DNA of 46,685 bases from contig NC_057719.1 in the NCBI RefSeq assembly GCF_004010195.1, positions 58,787,869-58,834,553 of the forward strand, written 5' to 3'. A program made the translations under genes and the position numbers. Below, piece after piece: positions 12,250 to 24,659 of this stretch. This stretch comes from Chiloscyllium plagiosum. Its lineage: Eukaryota. Numbering within the stretch: the first letter of the stretch is position 1; each line of letters begins with the position of its first letter. The notes below the pieces were generated by a model, which was given only the letters and a program-made list of their open reading frames with translations, had not been told where the DNA came from and ran no database searches.

Positions 12250-13210
12250 CTAAGAGGTGAATTACTCACCCTGGAATAGCTATCTTCTACCATGCACTTG
12301 TAGCCACAGTATTTATATGACTGGTCCATTAGATATAAGATATAGGAGCAGAATTAAGCCTTTTGGTCCAGTTATGTTTTTGGTCAATGGTGACCCCCCA
12401 GGATATTAGAGATAGGAAATTCAATGCTAATTTTGATGAACATCAAGAAGAAAGTGCTACATTCCCTCTTGTTGGAGATGGTAATTGCCTTCACTTATGT
12501 ATTGTATATATTAATTGTTACTTATTACCCAACCAGATTGTGCCTAAGTCTTGCTGTAGTGATTTATTATCTAAAAAATTAAGATTGAAACTGAATACTT
12601 CAATCATTCTTCCATATCCCATTTCTGAATTTATATGAAAGAGAAAGTTCTTGATGACACAGCTGAACATAGTTGGGCCCAGGACATTACCAGAGGAACA
12701 CAATGTGCTGGGGATGCACTGGTTGACTTCAAGAAAACCACAACCATTCGTCATTGCCCTAGGAACACTCTGACCATTTTCCTCTTGATTCCCATTTTAT
12801 TGGGATGCCTTGATTCCACACTTGATTAAGTACTGCCTTAAAATCAATGACAGTAACCTTGTGTCACCTGTGGAATCCAGCTCATTTGTTCATGTTTGGA
12901 CTAAGGTTGTGATAGGTCTGGAGCTGAGATTTCCTGGTAGAACTGAAACTGAATGTCGATGAACAATTTATTGGTGATTACCTGTACATGCTACTTGTGG
13001 TACCACCATTAATGTTCCCTTTCATCACTTTGCTAATGGTTAAGAATAGGTTAATGGAATTGTAATTGCACAGATTAAATTTGTAGCTTCTCTGTTATCA
13101 CGATGTTAGGATGTTATCGGGATCCATATTGTTAGCTAAAAGCCAAGATTGTAGTTGTACTGGAATAACTTGGCCACAAATGCAGCTTGTTCTGGAGCAC
13201 AGATGTTCAG
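12250..13210 (-). mobile_element. Degraded LINE RT region (CR1/L2-group, distinct from the main CR1 family)
   Basis: ORF 12518-12754 SSGNVLGPTMFSCVIKNF resembles the GVPQGSVLGPxxFxxFINDL RT motif. Confidence 0.65.
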
Positions 13211-13229
13211 CATTCTTGAATAATTCAGC

Positions 13230-13486
13230 AAGATTCAGACAAGGTAAAGAATGAGAAGGCAAGAGGTTAGGACCTAGAACTAATGGCCTGAAAGTGTAGT
13301 GGAGACGGAGTCATTTGTGATTTTTACAAAGGCATTTTCAAAGGATAACAGCCTAAACAGAGAAAAAGTGCAGAGCTACTAGGAAAGATCTGGGGTCTGG
13401 AATTCAGCACTCTGCCCTTTCAGACAACTAATGTGGACCAAGTGAACTAAATAACCTCCTACTGTGTTAGAATCATTCTATGATTC
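13230..13486 (+). mobile_element. Degraded CR1 3' end
   Basis: Ends AAATAACCTCCTACTGTGTTAGAATCATTCTATGATTC, a typical CR1 terminal segment with ATTCTATG tail. Confidence 0.5.
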
Positions 13487-14752
13487 AATACAGCTGGGAT
13501 GTTGTTGATTCCCATAGCCTTTGCTGCATAAAGTTCATTTGTATGTTTCTTGATTTCATGTTGAGTGGATTAAGTTGGTTGAAAATTAACTTCTATGATC
13601 GTAACAATTTCAGAAGGAGGGTACTGAAGCCTGCCACACACAGTGAGTTCAATGTGTTCACACACACATGCGCGTGTATATCCACACACTCTTGGTGCCT
13701 GCAGTCCACTCTCTGATGCAGGCTGGCTGCAAATGTTGAATATGTAACAGGCATGACTGTCACTACATTGGAGGTGGTAGTGGCAGAGGTTGGTGATGGT
13801 GCATTCTCTGGATCTTGCCTTGCCCCTCCAAAGGTGGATTCTTTGTTAACAGTGAGTGGCCTTGACCTTGGTTCTGGATTGTGACTATATGTGAGAACAC
13901 ATAAAACATTAAAGTTCACTATATTTTGTTTGCACATCACAGTGGCACTTGTGTTTCCTGTATGCTTTTGTCTAGAAACCAAGTTGGAGCATTTTACTCT
14001 GGTGCCTGGCCACTCCTGGCTTTGCTGTCTGCACAGTAGCCCTGCTTCTTGGCCAACTCCAGAGTTTCCTCCTGAGCTGGGGTCAAGGTCTTTATTTCAG
14101 CATATCCATCCATCTTGACCTTCTCCTTGACATTATCTGACAATATTTCCTACAGAACAAAGTGGAGAATTAGTGACATCTCACCAGATACCCAACTCCT
14201 TTATTTACTTGCATCGCCATGGCATACTGACCTAACTTTGTAAGGGGTACCCAATCAGAATCTCATTTCACTTATAACACTTGCTCAGCCAACCACACCA
14301 TTACATGCTTTGGTCTCAAGTGTCATGTGGTGCTGAAGCTGTGCATGCGTTTCTCCTCAGCCTCGGTCCCCACTCACACAGATACATTGTTTGATGCTCT
14401 TGTGGTAACCTGGTTGCTGCAATAACACTTATTCTAAAGGATTGGAGGACATTATTGGCTGATTCAAAACATTGGACCCAGGAACAATTATGTACCTCAC
14501 AGTGCTCACTTCTGTTCTAATCTCTATCCAGATTTCATTTATCTGGTGGGAATGTCTCCTTTTGCCATCACTCAGGAAGAGCACCTCCCACCATTCATGG
14601 ATGGTCCAGAGTAGGGACTTGGAGGAGGCATCACTAAATTGTGGTATCACTCATATCTTGCAGTGTTATGATCTCTGTTGATATTTATTGAAACACAACT
14701 GAAAACAGACATCTTAGAATGACTTTACTCTCTCCTTTACATGTTTATTCAA

Positions 14753-15093
14753 TGCTCAGGGTTTAGCATTGCTGCCTCACAGCGCCAGCGACCTGGGTTT
14801 GATTCCAGCCTCGGGCGATTGGCTGTGTGGAGTTTGTACATTTTCCCCATGTCTGTGTGGGTTTCCTCCGGGCGCTCCGGTTTGCTCCCACAGTCCAAAC
14901 GTATACAGGTTAGGTGAATTGGTCATGCTAAATTGCCCATAGTATTCAGGAATGTGTAGGTTAGGTGCATTAATCAGGGGTAAATGTGGAGTGATGGGGA
15001 TTGGGTTTGGGTGGGATACTCTTCAGAGGGTCAGTGCGGATTTGTTGGGCTAAACGGCCTGTTTCCACATTGTAGGGATTCTAAGATTCTAAG
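14753..15093 (+). mobile_element. tRNA-derived SINE (HE1/V-SINE-like), nearly full length
   Basis: tRNA head (GCTCAG.., GGTTTGATTCC), central TGTGTGGAGTTTG..GGGTTTCCTCCGGG block, CR1-like tail ending GATTCTAAGATTCTAAG. Confidence 0.88.
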
Positions 15094-16799
15094 TCCCAGA
15101 AGCAATCCAGAATGATTGTCAGCCCTCAAGGTTTACTTCCTACCTTTTCCTCTTCCAAACTAGAAATTCTTGGAAAATTGGCATTTTAAATATGGGTTTC
15201 CTGGACACTTCTCTTTCACTTTTCTCAGCTCAACAGAGCTTTCAGCCAAATTTTAACTTTGTGTAAGTTTGGTCTTTCTAATCTGGGCTCCTGGTGAATG
15301 GCTATGTCTTGCCTCTAATGGCTGCTTTTTCTTTTGTGGACACTGGCTGTGATATTCACTCATCTTTTAGGTAAACCTGTAACCTCATATCAGCTGTTTA
15401 TTCCCCGCTCAAAATCCATCACTGGAGCAACCTGAATTACACTGGCCTTGCATCCAGACAGAAATGCTAATTAGCTCTTCTTGAGACCCATACTCTGTTT
15501 GATCTTAGAAGCAATTTAAAGCACAACGTTATAACCTGATATTCTCAACTTTTTTTCTCTCTGGGACTTTGCAAACTCATAATCTATCCATTGTCAGCAC
15601 GCAGACTTCTGCCGTTACTTCCAAGTGTAAATACTTTTCACCTTCCTCATAATAAAACAATATAGACCCTTTCAATTTCTAACAATTAAACCACCACAGC
15701 TTACTATAAGGCAGACTTCAAAACAAGTCATTTGACCTATTTTGTTTTACCATAATTACAAAATATTTGGATACACATAACTGCGCTTATACATCAGACG
15801 TTGTTACTGAGCCAGAAGCAATGGGGACCCAGGAGATCAATCCAATATAGGATTAGGGGAGTGATGGGATTTAGAGCAAGATTGGTACAATGGGGAATCC
15901 AGGTTGATGCCCAAATAAAATAGATTTCCTTACATTTGTTCATGCTTCTACTTGTCTGGAGGTTTTGCTAATATTCCTGAATACTTGCACAGGTGGTTCT
16001 TTTATAGACCGGATAGACCTTCATCTGAGGTTGGGTGATGGTGGATTGGTCAGGCTTCATTTGATTGCTTCCGACACTCTAATTTACACTGCAATTGGAA
16101 ACACACCAGTTCCCAACATGAGTACTTCAGGTCTGCCATCAGAAAGCTTATGGCATTGATTAAGTTCTGCTTCTGCTTTGGTTGTGTCATCACCACAGAC
16201 TAATATCCGTATTTCAGATAGTTAATTGCTTAGCACCAGCTAAAATAAGCGTGACCTGATGATGATGAAAACTTAGAAATGGTTGTTATGCATCATAGCT
16301 GGAGATCACCAAGGACTTGTTTCTGTCAATTCCCACTAGTCCAATCCATATTTGATAGAACATGGTCAGTTTGTTTTTCTCTCTTCTTTACTGTAATGTT
16401 TCCCATTCCAAAGCTTTGGTAAAACATGTAACTCTGTATTTCCCATACTGATTAGTACAAAATCAACTACTCCATCTTATTTGCATTCTTGCCATATAAG
16501 AATCCCACACATAACTTCTATACTCCAAGATTGAATGAACAAATATAGAAATTACTGGAGAAACTCAGCAGCTTTGGTAGCATCTGTGGTGAGAAAGCAG
16601 CATGTTCTGTTCTCATTGTTTCCCTGCTGATTGTGAATGAGTTATAAAATCACTTTTTTGTCAATTTTGAAACATATAGTTAATAGCTTGAAGTATATGT
16701 GGACTGGTAACAATTTATTTGCTGCAGCAGTAACCATTTTTACCATATAATCATTGCCACTGAAGGTGGGTTGAGGTAATATTTTCACCTTTGTTACTC

Positions 16800-17670
16800 A
16801 TAGAGTGATAGAATTATACAGTACAAGAGAGGTCCTTCAGCGCATCAAGTCTGTATTGCCAAAAGTATACTACTTCCTACACTGGTTCTACTTCCCCATA
16901 CTAGGCCTATGGGTCTTGAATGTTGGCACTTCAAGTGCTTATCCCCAACCTTTTCAAAGGTTGTGAGGTTTCCCACCTTAACTGCCCTCTCAGGCAGGGC
17001 ATTCCAGACCCCCACCTTCCTCTGGATGAAAAAGCTTTTCCTCAATCCTCTCTAAGCCTCTGACCTTTCACTTTAAAATAATACCCCCTTGTCCTTGACC
17101 CTTCAACTCCTGCTTTCTAATCCCCCCATCTATGCCCCTCATTGTTTTATTCACTTCTATCAATTTCCCCCCTTAATCTTCTCTGTTCTAAAGAAAATAA
17201 CTTGAGCTTATTCAGCCTCCCTTCATAGCTGAAATGCTCTATCTCAAGCAACATCCTCATGAATCTCCTTTGCAGCCTCTCCAGCACAGTCACTTTCTTT
17301 CTGTAGTATAGCGACCAGAACCTGCGGCCTAACCACAGTTCTGTACAGCTCTACCATGACTTCCTTGCTCTTATAAACTCAGCCACAATTCATAAAGGCA
17401 TTTGCTTTCTTAACTACCCTATTAACTTGCCCTGCCACCGTCAGGCTCTATGGATACCTCTGTGGACAGCACCCCAAGATCCCTTTGTTCCTCTGAACTT
17501 CTGAGTGCCTTGCCATTTATTGAGTAGTCCCTTGTCTTGTTCCTTCTTCCAAAGTGCATTATTTCACATTTATCAGGGTTAAATTTCATATTGCCATTGA
17601 TCTGCCCATCTGATGAATTCATTTGTATCCTTCTGTAACCTAACACCTTCTTCCTCAGTGTCAACAATTC
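16800..17670 (-). mobile_element. CR1 3' fragment
   Basis: Minus ORFs contain MKFNPDKCEIMHFGRRN..EQRDLGV and FFIQRKVGVWNALPE. 3' tail near 16800. Confidence 0.88.
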
Positions 17671-18358
17671 CTCTGTCTGCAAATAACATATTCCAAAAAA
17701 TAGTGGATGAATATCAGCAAAACTTGGAATATAGAAAGTGTATGATCCAAGGAAGAAACCATTAGCTTTCATGAAGATGTGGATACTGATTTAGATCTAA
17801 AAAGATCTGTTAACATTGGCAGATATGGTGAAAAACTTTGTTTTAGAATGTGGGTTTTCATGTTTAGAATGTTGCTAATATTTTTGAGAATGTTGTAGAT
17901 TGACTCAAATGCTGTGGTGGAATTTGTTATGGTTGTCAAAATGTGAGCAGCCTTATTAGAGCAGCTTTTTGAATGTGGATTGGCACAATGCTTCCTCCAT
18001 AAAATGGAAGCTCTTAATAAAAACACATCTTTTTCAGCTTCATAGTTGCAGACCAATACCAAGCAGCAAAAAACGTTACAAGAAAGAACTGTGTAACATA
18101 GTCACATTAAGAAAACACAGTATGGCAGATGAATGCGTTCTACTGGGTGCCCACTTCGCCTGTACATTCCCTGTTTTCCATATCTTCTGTCCACAGAAGA
18201 TTAGCTGCTTCACGTTTGAAAATAATTCATTATGTAAAGCATTTTAAGAGCTTTAATGTCATTATCCTATACATAAAGAAAATAAGTTTTCCAAAATAAA
18301 AATGAAAATAATATGACTTCTCTGCCTTCAAAAATTTTACAGTTTATCGGAAGTGACT

Positions 18359-18470
18359 TAGAACATAGAACATAGAAGAATACAGCGCAGTACAGGCCCT
18401 TTGGCCCTCGATGTTGCGCCGATCCAAGCCCACCTAACCTATACTAACCCACTATCCTCCATATACCTAT
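18359..18470 (-). mobile_element. Short CR1 3' terminus
   Basis: TAGAACATAGAACATAGAA tail followed by GTACAGGCCCTTTGGCCCTCGATGTTGCGCCGA, reverse-complement-similar to the CR1 end at 39458-39522. Confidence 0.8.
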
Positions 18471-19026
18471 TGTATTTCATACAATATAGTGAAAAAAGCT
18501 TAAATAATGAAAGCAAAATTGACAAAGCTGTAATCTGACCATGCAAAAAGTACTCTTCCATATTTCAGCACTTTGTGATGAATCAAGAACCTAATACCTT
18601 TGAATACTTTATTTTTTAAGCATGATGTGCTTGACATCAATTTGGGGATTCATGACCTCAGACTAATTAACTAAACCTAATTTTCTTTGCTTCACGCCAA
18701 TTATTTCATTTTCATGGGAATTTTTTCTATTTTGTTTCATTCACCTTTAGTGCAGAGAATAAATCCACATACCCTCTCTCCTTTTTGCCCGACTAATCAT
18801 CACCTAAACCATTGGAATTAGCAATGTGTGTCTACATCACTGGCAATGCTGCAGTTAGCCAGTTCTGGGGAAATATTCAACATAGTCAATTGCTGGGGCA
18901 AAAAATTTAATTTGATTGTCCCTCTTTGAGGAGATGCACCCTTCCTATCTACTTGCCTTCTCTTGCAGTATTGAGCCACTTGAGCCTAATGGAGCACAGA
19001 CTAAACCATGTGTTCCTCTGTTCCAA

Positions 19027-19113
19027 GTTAAAGATCACACAGCACCAGGTTATAGTCCAACAGGTTTAATTGGAAGCACACTAGCTTTTGGAGCGGCGCT
19101 CCTTCATCAGCTG
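19027..19113 (-). mobile_element. Penelope-like pLTR-derived short element, family 2 (decayed hammerhead)
   Basis: Shares GTTATAGTCCAACAGGTT with 24529-24659. Minus strand reads CTGATGA-A-GGAGC-GCC-GCTCC-AAAAGCTAGTG (GAAA to AAAA at a CpG). Confidence 0.75.
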
Positions 19114-20329
19114 AGAAGACTGGAGAGACATTTTAGATCAAAATCCATGATGGCCTAAATCTTTGGTATTTATTGATATTTCAACCTGAAGAACAAATGT
19201 TTATCTATATAAAAAGTCAAATACTATATGAAAAAGAACATATTACTGGGTATTATTTTCCTATTATTAACACTTGAATTATTGTGGCTAACTATGGAAG
19301 CTGTTCCTATTTTTGAATTTGATGTAATGGATTTATATACTTCTGGCAGGTGGAGTTACAACTAGAACTTAGTATTTTTGATGCACTGCACCATAACTGC
19401 TTAATTGCTGAACTGGAAAACGAAACCATGTTATAAACTTTCAATAGTTATCCAAGGGGATGGAATTATTGCTTGGGGCTGCTTATGATACAGTAGTCCT
19501 GAGCAGTAGACCATAACATAAGTCATGCAACATAAATTAGAAAATAATTATTCCCAGCATCTCAGTGAGCAGAGTCAGCCTGAAGAATATGTATGTTGAT
19601 TTTAATGATACATTTGCCTGGTGACTTTTTGTTATTAATGCTTCACCTTCACTTGGGCAAAAGACATAACTGTTGATCAGAGACCTCATGCACTCGCTGT
19701 CCAGTGCTATCTGTTTCACAGTTTCTTTTTTAAGGAAGGACTCACAATTAATGACTATAGAGTTCCTTGTCTTATCCTGCAAAGTCCAAGCATAAAGGGA
19801 ATACATCTCCAGCCTTACAGATCTACTGTATCGAAAGTTGGCCATACAAATAAATAAATAAAACATTAATTAACTTAGCTTTGGTTTAGAAATTAGATAC
19901 TAAAAGCTAATTTGGACATATATGATTTATCCCTTGACATATTTCATAATATTTATAAGTAAAGGGACACTAAGCATTTAATTGACAATTCTAGATGCAA
20001 TTAATTTCAGAGAAAACACAACAACTACCTGTTTTTGTTTCCTATGTTCCATTTATGGTATCTAACCTGTGAATAAAAATAAACAAAAATTGTCTGAAAT
20101 ATTATGCATTAAGCAAAGTTTGTATGACACTTATTTTAATTTGCAGAATAAGAGCTAAAGGCAATTAATTGATATTTATGTAGTTTTGTGTCTAGTTTAA
20201 TTTTGAAAATGTTGTACATTCATTATGTTGTTATCTTACAACTCGACTCATAACATCGACAAATTGTGTGCAGCATTGTACTAAATGAAAGGTTTCCATC
20301 CCCACAGATCTGTAACGTAAACTCCAGAA

Positions 20330-21340
20330 ATGTCTGAGACACAGAAGTATTTGGTTTCACATGACTCTGAGGAAGTGCATGAGCTGGATGGTTTACATAA
20401 GAAATCACAACCAGACTCTCTCCATTTGACACAAACATCAAATATTATGCTCCCAAAAGCAGAAAGTCCTGTAGAAGAGAAATTTAAGCCAATAACTACT
20501 AGCCCTGTGGAAATGTCTGAGGATATTCAACAAGACAATTTTTTAACACTTAACGTTGATGATAATGCTCTGGTACCAGTTGAAGTTGCAAAAACAGGTC
20601 CTCGAAGAAACAATAAGAGATTAGGTAAGAGACATGCAACAAGTAACAAAAAATTGATTGGAGGCAAAGAATGGCATGAACCACATGGCAGGAAACGGGA
20701 TGTTTTCAAATCAGCAATAGCTCCAATTGCCGGTACTGCTACAGCTCTGTCTATGTCAAAGAGGCCTAATCCACCACCAAAACCTAATTCATCAAAACTC
20801 TTTGCTGCAGTGAAGTCTTCTACACTAAAAACACCTTCTTCTCTTCCTGAAAAGGAAGAAGTTGCTGTTTCAAGTGCAAAAGTGCATGATCATAAAACCA
20901 ACAGTAAAAGTTATGTAAAAAGTAGCACCCTTTCTGCAGATGTGACCAAACAGAGTAATAAAAAGGAAAATTTCAACAAATCTCCTTCATTGACAAAGCA
21001 AATACCATCAGATTCTACAGGCGTCCAAATTGATAAAGAAGATAGTGCTCATTCCATTCATTCTCAAGGTGTGAGGTCTGCTTCAGAACTGCTAGAAGAA
21101 GCTAAGTATCTAGCAATGCCAGACGCACAAAAAATATATGAAAGAAACTTCCAACAGAGCAAGCCAGAGCAGTCTCTGACCGCAGCACAGCAAACATTTA
21201 CAGCTAAGGCAAAATCTGTTGATGAAATCATTGCTTCACTGCGGTCTGGTAGACACACCACCTCCCAGTCTGCTTCAGACCAAAAGATCAAAGGACTCTT
21301 GGAGAGAGTGTTTGGCTACAGTTATAGCAGTAAAAGTGAG
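20330..21340 (+). CDS. TTC6: Large coding exon (337 codons) of a host gene, probably the N-terminal region of tetratricopeptide repeat protein 6
   Basis: Only long non-repeat ORF in the window. Ends at a consensus donor GAG|GTAAGT (21340/21341, phase 0), with acceptor candidates at 20307 and 20327. The C-terminal SVDEIIASLRS...SASDQKIKGLLERVFG recalls a conserved TTC6 N-terminal block. Exon confidence ~0.9; gene name from memory ~0.6. Confidence 0.7.
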
Positions 21341-21529
21341 GTAAGTGAACCATAACAGAGTGATATTTTCTATTAGTTGAAAGTTGAATGTTGTGAAAAA
21401 TGTAGTTTCCCAAAATTATAGCAGAGTTTGTTGTCACAACATACCAGACAAAACCAACAGTCGAAAGAAGTGATGAATCTTGATGTGGTTCAGTCAGTTT
21501 GTTTTTCGAATGTATATACATTGTATATG

Positions 21530-21742
21530 CTGAAACTTTATTGCTGGAACAGCACAGCAGGTCAGGCAGCATCCAGGGAACAGGAGATTCGACGTTTCGG
21601 GCACAGGCCCTTCTTCAGGAAGAAGGGCCTGTGCCCGAAACGTCGAATCTCCTGTCCCCTGGATGCTGCCTGACCTGCTGTGCTGTTCCAGCAATAAAGT
21701 TTCAGCTTTGATCTCCAGCATCTGCAGACCTCACTTTCTCCT
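21530..21742. mobile_element. Young Penelope-like pLTR-derived element, family 1 variant: 88-bp-arm hairpin + 36-nt tail, perfect 15-bp TSD
   Basis: TSD TATACATTGTATATG at 21515-21529 and 21743-21757. Arms 21529-21616 and 21619-21706 have one mismatch. Confidence 0.92.
21588..21621 (-). ncRNA. Minimal type I hammerhead ribozyme motif, core intact
   Basis: Minus strand TTC-CTGAAGA-A-GGGC-CTGT-GCCC-GAAAC-GTC-GAA. Stem I TTC/GAA, palindromic stem III ACGT, GUC cleavage triplet. Confidence 0.75.
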
Positions 21743-24528
21743 TATACATTGTATATGACCAAGCGCACAAATACACTGTGACATAAGTATTAAGTATTAT
21801 TATTTAGCTTTCTTGATTAAGATATTGTCACTGCAGATGATAAAGTAGGAAATTTAAAATAGGTCACATGGCCAAATTTTAAAAATTTTGTAATAATGCT
21901 GAAGGAGGACAGCAGATGACACAGTTATGTTAGAAAATGCTGTGAAAACACAGAAAAAAATTCTGAAAAGTGATTCTGTAGATATCACACAAGACAACTG
22001 AGTGAAATCTAGGAAGCAGTGGGTATAACAGAAACATTGTTGTAGACAACTAAGTGAGTTGGGTGTCAAAATTCAAAAGACTTTAACCCTGATCCAGCTT
22101 ACCCACTTCTAGGTTTTACAGGACTGGGAAAAGGAGTGTAAGAACTGAAATGAGATGCGGATAGCTTTTGTACAAAATTAGTATGTTCACATCATTATTT
22201 ATGGGCTACAAGGAGTGGGAATACTTCCTTCCTGTCCCCCATCAAACTTGGGACTATATCAGAACTCCCAACATTGGCAATTAAAATCCCACCTGCTTGC
22301 TGCACTGTTCATGTGGATTGGGCCCTTGTACATCTTGGGTTTGGATGGAACCTACTGGGTCCTCCAGCTGGGTTTACAATTCCCACCTGAACTGTCACAG
22401 CTTCCACTCTCCCATTCTTCTCTGCATCCATAACCCATACCTGCTTGTAACCAGGCTTACCTTTGTTTGTCAATCCCTTGATATTTAGCTATATAACAGG
22501 TAATGATTCATTCATTATAATTATAAATAAAAGGTGTTGAATATACTTCAGGGTAATAGGTAGTAACAGAACTAAAATGATAGGACAATTGAAATTTTCT
22601 GCCAACATATACTGTGTCATGTGGCAACTTTGAGATGTTTAGTGAATCTTTGGTGACTACATGGACAGGAAATGCCTGCTTAAACTCAACTTAATTTCTG
22701 AACTTGAACATTAGCTACTGCCACTGGAGGGCACGTAGATGAATGAAATTTTCCTGGTTTGCTCACCTCAAGTGGTGTACATCCTGGGGCAACAAACAGT
22801 CCAAAAATATCAAGTGAGTGGCTTCCGCAAAGCAAGAAGGAGATACCAGTACTTCAGGAATCCTTTACAAGTGTAGTGCTGCTCAGTTGTTGTATACCAA
22901 ATGGCTACATGGGGAGGGAATGGCAAAACATGGAAATGTTGTTGTTGTTGTTGCAGGGGATTTGACATTCAAGAGGATAAATGGGCATTTCTGCAGCCAG
23001 TTGATGTCTTGCATGGCCTTGCCTCCTTGACACAAGGGTAAAAGAGACCACAAATTAGTGCAGAATATCATGCCGGGAGGATGGGAACAGACAGTAATGG
23101 TCGAGTTTAGAAATAAGTGTTAAAAGCAACAGTCAGCATGGATTTGTTAAGTCTGTCTAACTTGAATGAGTACACAGTTGAATTGAACTTGGTCATCTCA
23201 ATGGTGGTGACGTTAGTAGCAATTACCTTACAAAGACTAGTGCTGGTTGAAGGTGAATTGTTTCTTGTGCAATTTGTGAGCCACACAACATCACTTCAGC
23301 ACCCGTCATGTAAGTGGAATGATGGTCTGTGCTGAATGCAGCGATAAATTGAACCTTTAATGTGGTCTGGTTGGAAGGCTAATGGAATACTGCAGGTGTT
23401 CAGATCTTGATGACAATCACCAGATAATTGCACGTGCTAAGCCTGAATGTGGATGGATGGTGGGAACATGTCCCTCATCATTAATGTGTAGCATGTCTGA
23501 CTGTGTGGATGAGTGTGCTCAACCCTCATCTTCAGGCAATGTCACCAATGAATGTTCTGAGATTGAAAAAGAACCTTTCACTCCTTCTGTTTCCTTTTTA
23601 GTTCATTTCCACTGTGAGTCCTGGGTCCTGCCACTAGTGGTCACTGTGCTTACTTCCCGAAGAAAGTGAATCAAGACCAGAGCTGATGACAAGCTCAGGA
23701 ACAGCAGTAGACCACTAAGGAGATCCACCTCACGGAGAAGCTCAGGATGTGGGGGCTGTGCAGGAATGCTAGAAGTTTTCAGCCTCAACTGCATTTCCTG
23801 ATGAGGCACAGTGTTGATGCAGGCTCTGTATGACCCAGCATACTGACTGAACTAAGCCTGATCCTGGGGTGGGCCCTGAGGGCTGAAGGAGTGACAGGCC
23901 CTCCTCTCCCAGTGGCTGTGAAGGTGAAAGCTGCCTGAATCTCTACGTAATTGGCTCCTTCCAGAGAGTGATGGGAGATTCCTGTGGGATCTCTGTCATG
24001 CATCACAAATACATTAAGACAGCGACTGATGCCACTTTGCAGTAGGAGCCAAAAACAAAGCTGGTTTCCTCCAGGCGTAGGGTGCCACCTACTATGAGGG
24101 ATGTACTATAGCACTGCAGAATTAATCAATAGGAAGGGATTACATTTGATTAATGTTCAGGTAATCTGTGAGCATTATTACCAATTGCTTGACATGTGTG
24201 CCCACTACCCTGGCAGCTGCCATGACTCCTACATCCTGGAGCACTCTCATGTACCTGGTGAGTTTGAGTTTCCAGGGTCTTACAAGACTGGTTACTGAGG
24301 ACAAGGAACTGGGACCTTGGCTCATGATACCATTGTGCAATGTACTGACTAATGTGGAGTTTAGATACAGTACTGCCCAAGGCCTCAACCAGGGACCGTG
24401 GTGGTACAGACACTGGGGCTGATGAAGATGTAGGTCCACTGCTTGGATAGGTCTGGGACAATGCTCTCCAGTAAAGTCTAGATAGAGTGTGCTGCATCAT
24501 CCTGGTGTGCTTTAATCTCTACATTTGG

Positions 24529-24659
24529 TCTGGAGGTGCTGGTGTTGGACTGGGATGGACAAAGTCAGAAGTCATACCACACAAAGTTATAGTCCAACAG
24601 GTTGATTTGAAATCACAAGCTTTCAGAACACTGCTCTTTCATCAGGTGACTGCTGACTT
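24529..24659 (-). mobile_element. Penelope-like pLTR-derived short element, family 2, with 13-bp TSD
   Basis: Flanked by TCTCTACATTTGG (24516-24528) and TCTCTGCATTTGG (24660-24672). Short inverted piece CTGCTGACTTT versus AAAGTCAGAAG (24561-24571), leaving a 32-nt tail. Confidence 0.82.
24613..24649 (-). ncRNA. Minimal type I hammerhead ribozyme motif, core intact
   Basis: Minus strand TCAC-CTGATGA-A-AGAGC-AGT-GTTCT-GAAAGCTT-GTGA. Stem I TCAC/GTGA, palindromic stem III AAGCTT. Confidence 0.72.

Noticed and set aside
14753..14830. tRNA genes here and at 31128, ~3200 and ~44240
   Set aside because: A/B boxes run into SINE bodies and no complete cloverleaf is evident.
13960..15800. Possible second LTR-retrotransposon remnant flanking the SINE
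   Set aside because: Only faint gag/pol-like fragments (e.g. EYGSQEELI); no motif or LTR pair I can support by eye.
21529..21706. MITE/DNA transposon or pre-miRNA interpretation of the hairpin
   Set aside because: The inverted arms are not terminal (36-nt tail on one side), arm length varies among copies, one copy has no inversion, and 13-15 bp variable TSDs fit retrotransposition better.
21428..21721. Mirror-image ORFs on both strands (ETLLLEQHSRSGSIQG...)
   Set aside because: Consequence of the DNA palindrome; same non-coding repeat as ORFs at 6410-6794 and 32899-33339.
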